DNA from: a virus
Taxonomy: Duplodnaviria; Caudoviricetes
DNA: 64,000 bases
Virus record (IMG/VR): IMGVR_UViG_3300030330_006692
Span: 32,556 to 96,555 of that record
Strand: one strand, 5' to 3'
Part shown: piece after piece, positions 59,834 through 64,000 of the stretch
Position numbering within the stretch: the stretch's first letter is position 1
Layout: each line of letters begins with the position of its first letter
Notes under the pieces: generated by a model
What the model saw: only the letters and a program-made list of their open reading frames with translations
Databases searched by the model: none
Told to the model about the DNA's origin: nothing
Translations under genes and position numbers: made by a program

Positions 59834-60880
59834 ATGCCAGTAAAAAGTTTTGAAGCGATTAATCCAGCTACAGATATTACGTCTACAAGGACGTTTCTTC
59901 ATGAGGTTATCCCCATCACCGGTTCCATTGTAAGTGGTACATACAGTGATAACAATATTAAAAATTACGTGCATGGAATGTTCCAAAGCGTATACGATTA
60001 CCCTTATCTAAGTTCTTCGGCAAACCATATTTTTGATTTGTCGCTAGGATTTGATGAAAGCTCTGTGCTTTCGGGATCGGCGAATGTTACTCAAACTTCG
60101 AAAAAGATAAATATGTATAACCAGTTTGCACAAGTCCTATTGGGATATACTGGCTCAAAAAATGACGTTAGAATGTTTGAGAGTGATTTATCCCTAGACA
60201 TGACTGGATCAATGAAAGAAGTTTTCTTTATTAATTTTTCCAGACTTCTAACAAAAGACGAGATTAAAAAAGGATCCTTTAGATTATCATTGAGCACTGC
60301 AGCATGGGCGAACCCAAACCAAGGTACTTTGACTCTGGGTGACTATGTTGCAAGAGTTGATGGAACTGGAGTAGCCAACGCCGCCGGCGGCGACTACGCT
60401 ATTCTACACACTAGTTCTACCGCAAATATTGGCGAACTTGGACATGGAGTGATATTTTATCAATCTGGAATAGCAGTCATAACATCTTCAGTATTTGCTG
60501 GAGTCGCACAGTTCAATCAGGCTAATGGAGTAAATCGAACAGTCAACGAATCTTTGGTTTCGGCATCGATTACAGGTTCACTAGATGCCCTAAGACATAG
60601 AATCCAGAACATATCATTCAACAATACAACAGAAATTAACTCAACGATTTATTTCTGCAGGGCGCCGGCTAATAAGTTTAATTATAGTTCAAATCCAACA
60701 TATACAACGGGAAGTAAAATTCGTGTCAAGAATATTGCTTCTGACAACCCCGTATCGTATATCACTACCGTGGGGCTCTACAATGCAGCTAATGAGCTTT
60801 TAGCTGTTGCGAAACTCTCTGAGCCGCTTAAGAAGACTGTAGATACTGATTTGACAATCAGAGTAAGATTGGACTACTAA
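59834..60880 (+). CDS. structural protein, paralog of 60882
   Basis: Motifs IKKGSF, GVIFYQSGI, FNYSSNPT and YITTVGLYN...LLAVAKLSEP...IRVRLDY. Confidence 0.75.
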   Translation: MPVKSFEAINPATDITSTRTFLHEVIPITGSIVSGTYSDNNIKNYVHGMFQSVYDYPYLSSSANHIFDLSLGFDESSVLSGSANVTQTSKKINMYNQFAQVLLGYTGSKNDVRMFESDLSLDMTGSMKEVFFINFSRLLTKDEIKKGSFRLSLSTAAWANPNQGTLTLGDYVARVDGTGVANAAGGDYAILHTSSTANIGELGHGVIFYQSGIAVITSSVFAGVAQFNQANGVNRTVNESLVSASITGSLDALRHRIQNISFNNTTEINSTIYFCRAPANKFNYSSNPTYTTGSKIRVKNIASDNPVSYITTVGLYNAANELLAVAKLSEPLKKTVDTDLTIRVRLDY

Positions 60881-60881
60881 G

Positions 60882-62162
60882 ATGTCTTACCGTAAGTTCG
60901 GTAAAAATGATGTTTTAATAAATACGATGACAACCAATCCTCGTAGTAATTTTTACATCTATAGTGGCACCATTTTTTATAACAATCGCACGTCTCACCC
61001 GGGAGAAATAAGAACTGGACTAAACAATGTATACATGACAGAGCCGGGGTATGTCAATCTTTATGAATATAATATTGATCGTGTTGCTGGAACAAGTGAT
61101 TTAATTTATCCATTTTTAGTGAAAGATGGAAGCCGAGCAATGTTTTTTATATCTTCTTCGGGCCCAATGTCTATGGAAGAGTATGCAGCCGATGGCTATG
61201 GAGATGTTTTCACAGGAAGTTACCCTCAGTTTGCTAGTATAAAAAGAAGATATATCATAAATCCATCGCAATCCTGCGGTGAAAGAAGAAGAGATCATTG
61301 CGATCATGTGATGGCATATTGGTCTATTAGGAATGTTTTAAATCACTATACAACCATTAGCCCTCATTACGCTGTAAAACACGGTACACCCCCTTCATAC
61401 ACCGATGGATGGGATAAGGACAATCAAAATTTAAATCTTATTTATATACCATCCATATTTTACGGAAATAGAATAAAACCGGGCACTGTATGTTTGAGGT
61501 GGTATTTAACTGGTTCTGTGATTGGAGAGCTAAAAGACAGTAAAGAAAATGGCGAATTAATACAAACTGTGGGGAGTACGTGGGATAATTCTACTAGTAC
61601 ATATAGTAGCGATAACATAGGCTCTGTTGCTGGTGTTGTTTTATATAACGAAGGATTTATTATATTAACCGGCTCATGGCCACTTTCTGGAAGAACTATT
61701 AAATTACACAACAAAGGCAACTATTTTCCTCGATGGAAATATTGGGGTTTTGGTGCTCGCGATGGAGAAGAATGGGATCTTTCCGCGGGTAAAAGCGCCA
61801 TCAGCGCATCTTTCAGTTTGGACTTTGAGGGAGAAAACACCACAGAAGTTATGACTATGTACGCTCATGCACCCCGCGGCGAAGTTAATTATTCAAATAA
61901 TCCGACGTTTTTAGAATATAATCAAAGAATAACATCATTTACATCTTCCAATATCTATGAAGAAAACCCAAACAGAAGAATTAAAAACACCGTTTCATCA
62001 AGTTATTTGGGACACAATGAGTCTTTTAAAAGGCAGGTATACATAAATAAGGTGGGCATATATGATGAGCAGAAAAATCTAATTGGTGTTGCAACATTGG
62101 CAGATCCTGTTCTCAAAGAAGAAGATCAGGATTTAACTTTTAAAATTAAACTGGACTTATAG
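60882..62162 (+). CDS. structural protein, paralog of 59834
   Basis: Motifs IKPGTV, GVVLYNEGF, VNYSNNPT and YINKVGIYD...LIGVATLADP...FKIKLDL. Confidence 0.75.
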   Translation: MSYRKFGKNDVLINTMTTNPRSNFYIYSGTIFYNNRTSHPGEIRTGLNNVYMTEPGYVNLYEYNIDRVAGTSDLIYPFLVKDGSRAMFFISSSGPMSMEEYAADGYGDVFTGSYPQFASIKRRYIINPSQSCGERRRDHCDHVMAYWSIRNVLNHYTTISPHYAVKHGTPPSYTDGWDKDNQNLNLIYIPSIFYGNRIKPGTVCLRWYLTGSVIGELKDSKENGELIQTVGSTWDNSTSTYSSDNIGSVAGVVLYNEGFIILTGSWPLSGRTIKLHNKGNYFPRWKYWGFGARDGEEWDLSAGKSAISASFSLDFEGENTTEVMTMYAHAPRGEVNYSNNPTFLEYNQRITSFTSSNIYEENPNRRIKNTVSSSYLGHNESFKRQVYINKVGIYDEQKNLIGVATLADPVLKEEDQDLTFKIKLDL

Positions 62163-62174
62163 TACAATAGTAAC

Positions 62175-62753
62175 ATGATTTTAGGCGTAGATGTATCAAC
62201 TAGTATTACTGGGTTTGCGATAGTTGCAGAAGAGCAGTTAGTTTTTTATGACTCAATTGATTTGAGAAAACATAAAAATGTTTTTGATAAGACGATAGCC
62301 ATAAAAGAAAAAATTTTAGATTTGTATGAAATGTATCAGTGTAACAATGATGATGTTGCTGTAGGGTATGGTGCTTCCGAGTATCCTATTGAGCACATTT
62401 ATATTGAGCAGCCGTTTACTTTTTTTAATTCTGGCGGCTCTTCCGCAAAAACAATGGCAGCTCTTCAAAAGTTTAATGGTATAGTCTCATGGTTGCTTTT
62501 TGAAATTTTCGAAATTCGCCCAGAATATGTGGGTGCGACTTCCGCAAGAAAACATTGTGGAATAAAAGTACCAAGAGGACAAAAAGCCAAACAGGTTGTT
62601 CTAGAACATGTACTCAAATCGGAGCCGGCATTTAAAATAGAGTACACCAAGAAAGGAAACCCAAAACCTGAATCTTACGATCGCGCAGATGCAATAGTAG
62701 TTGCGTACGCAGGTTCAAAAATAATTAACGAAAAACTTGACATCCTTAATTAA
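62175..62753 (+). CDS. RuvC-like Holliday junction resolvase
   Basis: Acidic catalytic motifs ILGVDVSTSITG, IYIEQP and YDRADAIVVA. Confidence 0.88.
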   Translation: MILGVDVSTSITGFAIVAEEQLVFYDSIDLRKHKNVFDKTIAIKEKILDLYEMYQCNNDDVAVGYGASEYPIEHIYIEQPFTFFNSGGSSAKTMAALQKFNGIVSWLLFEIFEIRPEYVGATSARKHCGIKVPRGQKAKQVVLEHVLKSEPAFKIEYTKKGNPKPESYDRADAIVVAYAGSKIINEKLDILN

Positions 62754-62765
62754 GGATGTTACTAT
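62737..62765 (+). promoter_or_regulatory. sigma70-type promoter overlapped by a perfect 20-bp palindrome
   Basis: TTGACA (62737-62742), 17-nt spacer, TG-n-TACTAT (62760-62765). The palindrome ACATCCTTAATTAAGGATGT spans 62740-62759. Confidence 0.7.
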
Positions 62766-62799
62766 ATACAAGCATTTTCATTTACAAGAAGGAGAAAAA

Positions 62800-63249
62800 A
62801 TGATAGCAAAAAACGGTAATACAGTTAATGTTCACTTCATCGGAAAACTGAGTGACGGAACGGAATTTGATAACTCACACAAAAGAGGACAGCCACTTAG
62901 CTTTCAAATTGGTTCAGGAAGGATGCTTCCAGGATTCAATGATGCTGTAGTGGGCATGCAAGTAGGACAGAAGAAAACTATTAATCTTGCAGCTAATGAT
63001 GCTTACGGTCCGCGTTTTGAGGAAGCTGAAACAGTTGTGCCAAGAGAAAAGTTTAGTGGAATTGATAATTTTGAGATTGGTGGAATGGTTCAAGGCAATG
63101 GACCAAACGGTCCCTTCTTGGCTAAAATCAAGGGATTAGCAGAAGATACAGTTACTTTGGATTTGAATCATCCATTGGCTGGTGAAGATCTGCAGTTTGA
63201 ACTTGAGTTAGTTTCTGTTGATGAGCCAGAATCGATCGAGCAAGATTAA
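62800..63249 (+). CDS. FKBP-type peptidyl-prolyl isomerase (SlyD/SlpA-like)
   Basis: Motifs VHFIGKLSDGTEFDNS, PLSFQIGSG.MLPGF, DAYG and LDLNHPLAGEDLQFE. ATG 62800 follows SD AAGGAG. Confidence 0.95.
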   Translation: MIAKNGNTVNVHFIGKLSDGTEFDNSHKRGQPLSFQIGSGRMLPGFNDAVVGMQVGQKKTINLAANDAYGPRFEEAETVVPREKFSGIDNFEIGGMVQGNGPNGPFLAKIKGLAEDTVTLDLNHPLAGEDLQFELELVSVDEPESIEQD

Positions 63250-63263
63250 TAATTTAAAATTAG

Positions 63264-63292
63264 TTGACACTGGTTGATAGATCGCTTATAAT
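63264..63292 (+). promoter_or_regulatory. consensus sigma70 promoter for the primase gene
   Basis: TTGACA (63264-63269), 17-nt spacer, TATAAT (63287-63292). Confidence 0.85.
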
Positions 63293-63306
63293 GTTTCTGA
63301 GGAAGC

Positions 63307-64000
63307 ATGGATAAAAAAGAAGCGAAAAGGATTTTACATGAAACTCTTGGTGCTTACTATGATAAAGGTGAAGAACTACTTTTTACATGCCCTTCGTGCA
63401 ATCATCACAAGCGTAAGTTCTCTGTTAACTTGGATAAGGACGCTTATAAATGTTGGGTTTGTGATTATAGGGGTCGCAATATTAGGCGCCTTATTAGGCG
63501 TTTTGGTACCTATACACAACTCACTCGCTGGGACGAAATATCAGACAAAGGAAGTCTTCAGAGGTTTGATGATCTCTTTGTGGAGAAGCGCCTCTGCGAG
63601 AGCAAGGTTAAAATATCATTACCAAATGAATTCAGAAGCCTCACAAGCGAACGAATCCCAGCAACCGGAGTAAACGCAATTAAATATTTGCACTCTAGAG
63701 GCGTAACAAAAGCCGATATTCTTAAATGGAAGATCGGCTTTTGCTTTGAGGGTGAATATCGCAATAGAATCATTGTGCCATCTTTTGACGAAGATGGCGA
63801 TTGTAGCTACTTTATCGCTAGATCCTATACTGGTGACTCATATAAGTATAAAAACCCAAGAGCGTCCAAGGATATAGTATTTAATGAGCTATTTATTGAC
63901 TGGAATTCAGATTTAGTATTAGTAGAAGGAGTTTTTGATGCATTGGTCGCCGGAAATGCTGTTCCTATATTGGGTTCAACCTTACGGAAAGGGTCCGACT
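63307..64000 (+). CDS. DNA primase (zinc finger plus TOPRIM), 3'-truncated by the window edge
   Basis: Manual translation from ATG 63307 gives CPSCNHHKRKFSVN...CWVC (Zn finger), YLHSRGV, RNRIIVP, YFIARS, KYKNP and VLVEGVFDA...PILGS. It is absent from the track because there is no stop in the window. Confidence 0.92.
   Translation, partial: MDKKEAKRILHETLGAYYDKGEELLFTCPSCNHHKRKFSVNLDKDAYKCWVCDYRGRNIRRLIRRFGTYTQLTRWDEISDKGSLQRFDDLFVEKRLCESKVKISLPNEFRSLTSERIPATGVNAIKYLHSRGVTKADILKWKIGFCFEGEYRNRIIVPSFDEDGDCSYFIARSYTGDSYKYKNPRASKDIVFNELFIDWNSDLVLVEGVFDALVAGNAVPILGSTLRKGSD

Noticed and set aside
20548-62162. Bacterial T6SS/eCIS locus next to a chromosomal capsule or O-antigen cluster
   Set aside because: There are no wzx/wzy/kps export genes or T6SS membrane complex. 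The context (gp55-like sigma, phage-type primase, resolvase, PhoH, Hsp20, single-strand packing) is that of a large phage.
63338-63673. 111-aa plus-strand ORF with a hydrophobic stretch
   Set aside because: It is an alternative frame inside the primase gene that starts at 63307, which has clear Zn-finger and TOPRIM motifs.
2735-63773. Numerous 60-144-aa minus-strand and nested plus-strand ORFs in the track
   Set aside because: They overlap longer + strand genes almost entirely and lack recognisable motifs, so they are shadow ORFs.

Overview
This AT-rich window (roughly 35-38% GC by eye) is almost fully coding on the + strand in standard code 11. It is best read as part of a large, probably jumbo, contractile-tailed bacteriophage genome, and the host cannot be named from the sequence. 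From left to right it holds five blocks. (1) About 0-4.9 kb is an accessory block: a 20-aa nine-cysteine micro-ORF, an atypical long-variable-arm tRNA with a GTT anticodon, Hsp20, a PIN-PhoH protein, a HExxH protein and a Cas4/AddB-like nuclease. (2) About 4.9-19.2 kb is a glycosylation island: three GT4 glycosyltransferases, two NeuB-family synthases, a NeuA, two CstII/Maf-like transferase domains, two SDRs, an epimerase, a cupin, a HAD phosphatase, a 2OG-Fe(II) oxygenase, two FkbM methyltransferases and a sulfotransferase. (3) A gp55-like sigma factor follows. (4) About 20.5-62.2 kb is a tail/baseplate module with gp25-like and gp6-like wedge proteins, a 4143-aa LamG-repeat protein and paralogous fibre-attachment proteins. 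(5) The end carries a RuvC-like resolvase, an FKBP PPIase and a DNA primase that runs off the window. The strongest candidate for a new system is a phage-encoded nonulosonic-acid (possibly Kdn-type) glycosylation pathway. It is paired with a [S/T]-[G/A/S]-S motif concentrated in particular structural proteins that could be the acceptor sequon. Other notable items are the Leu-bodied tRNA with Asn identity elements, the metallothionein-like micropeptide and a strong excess of GGCGCC. All protein calls come from motif recognition by eye, and no database searches were run.
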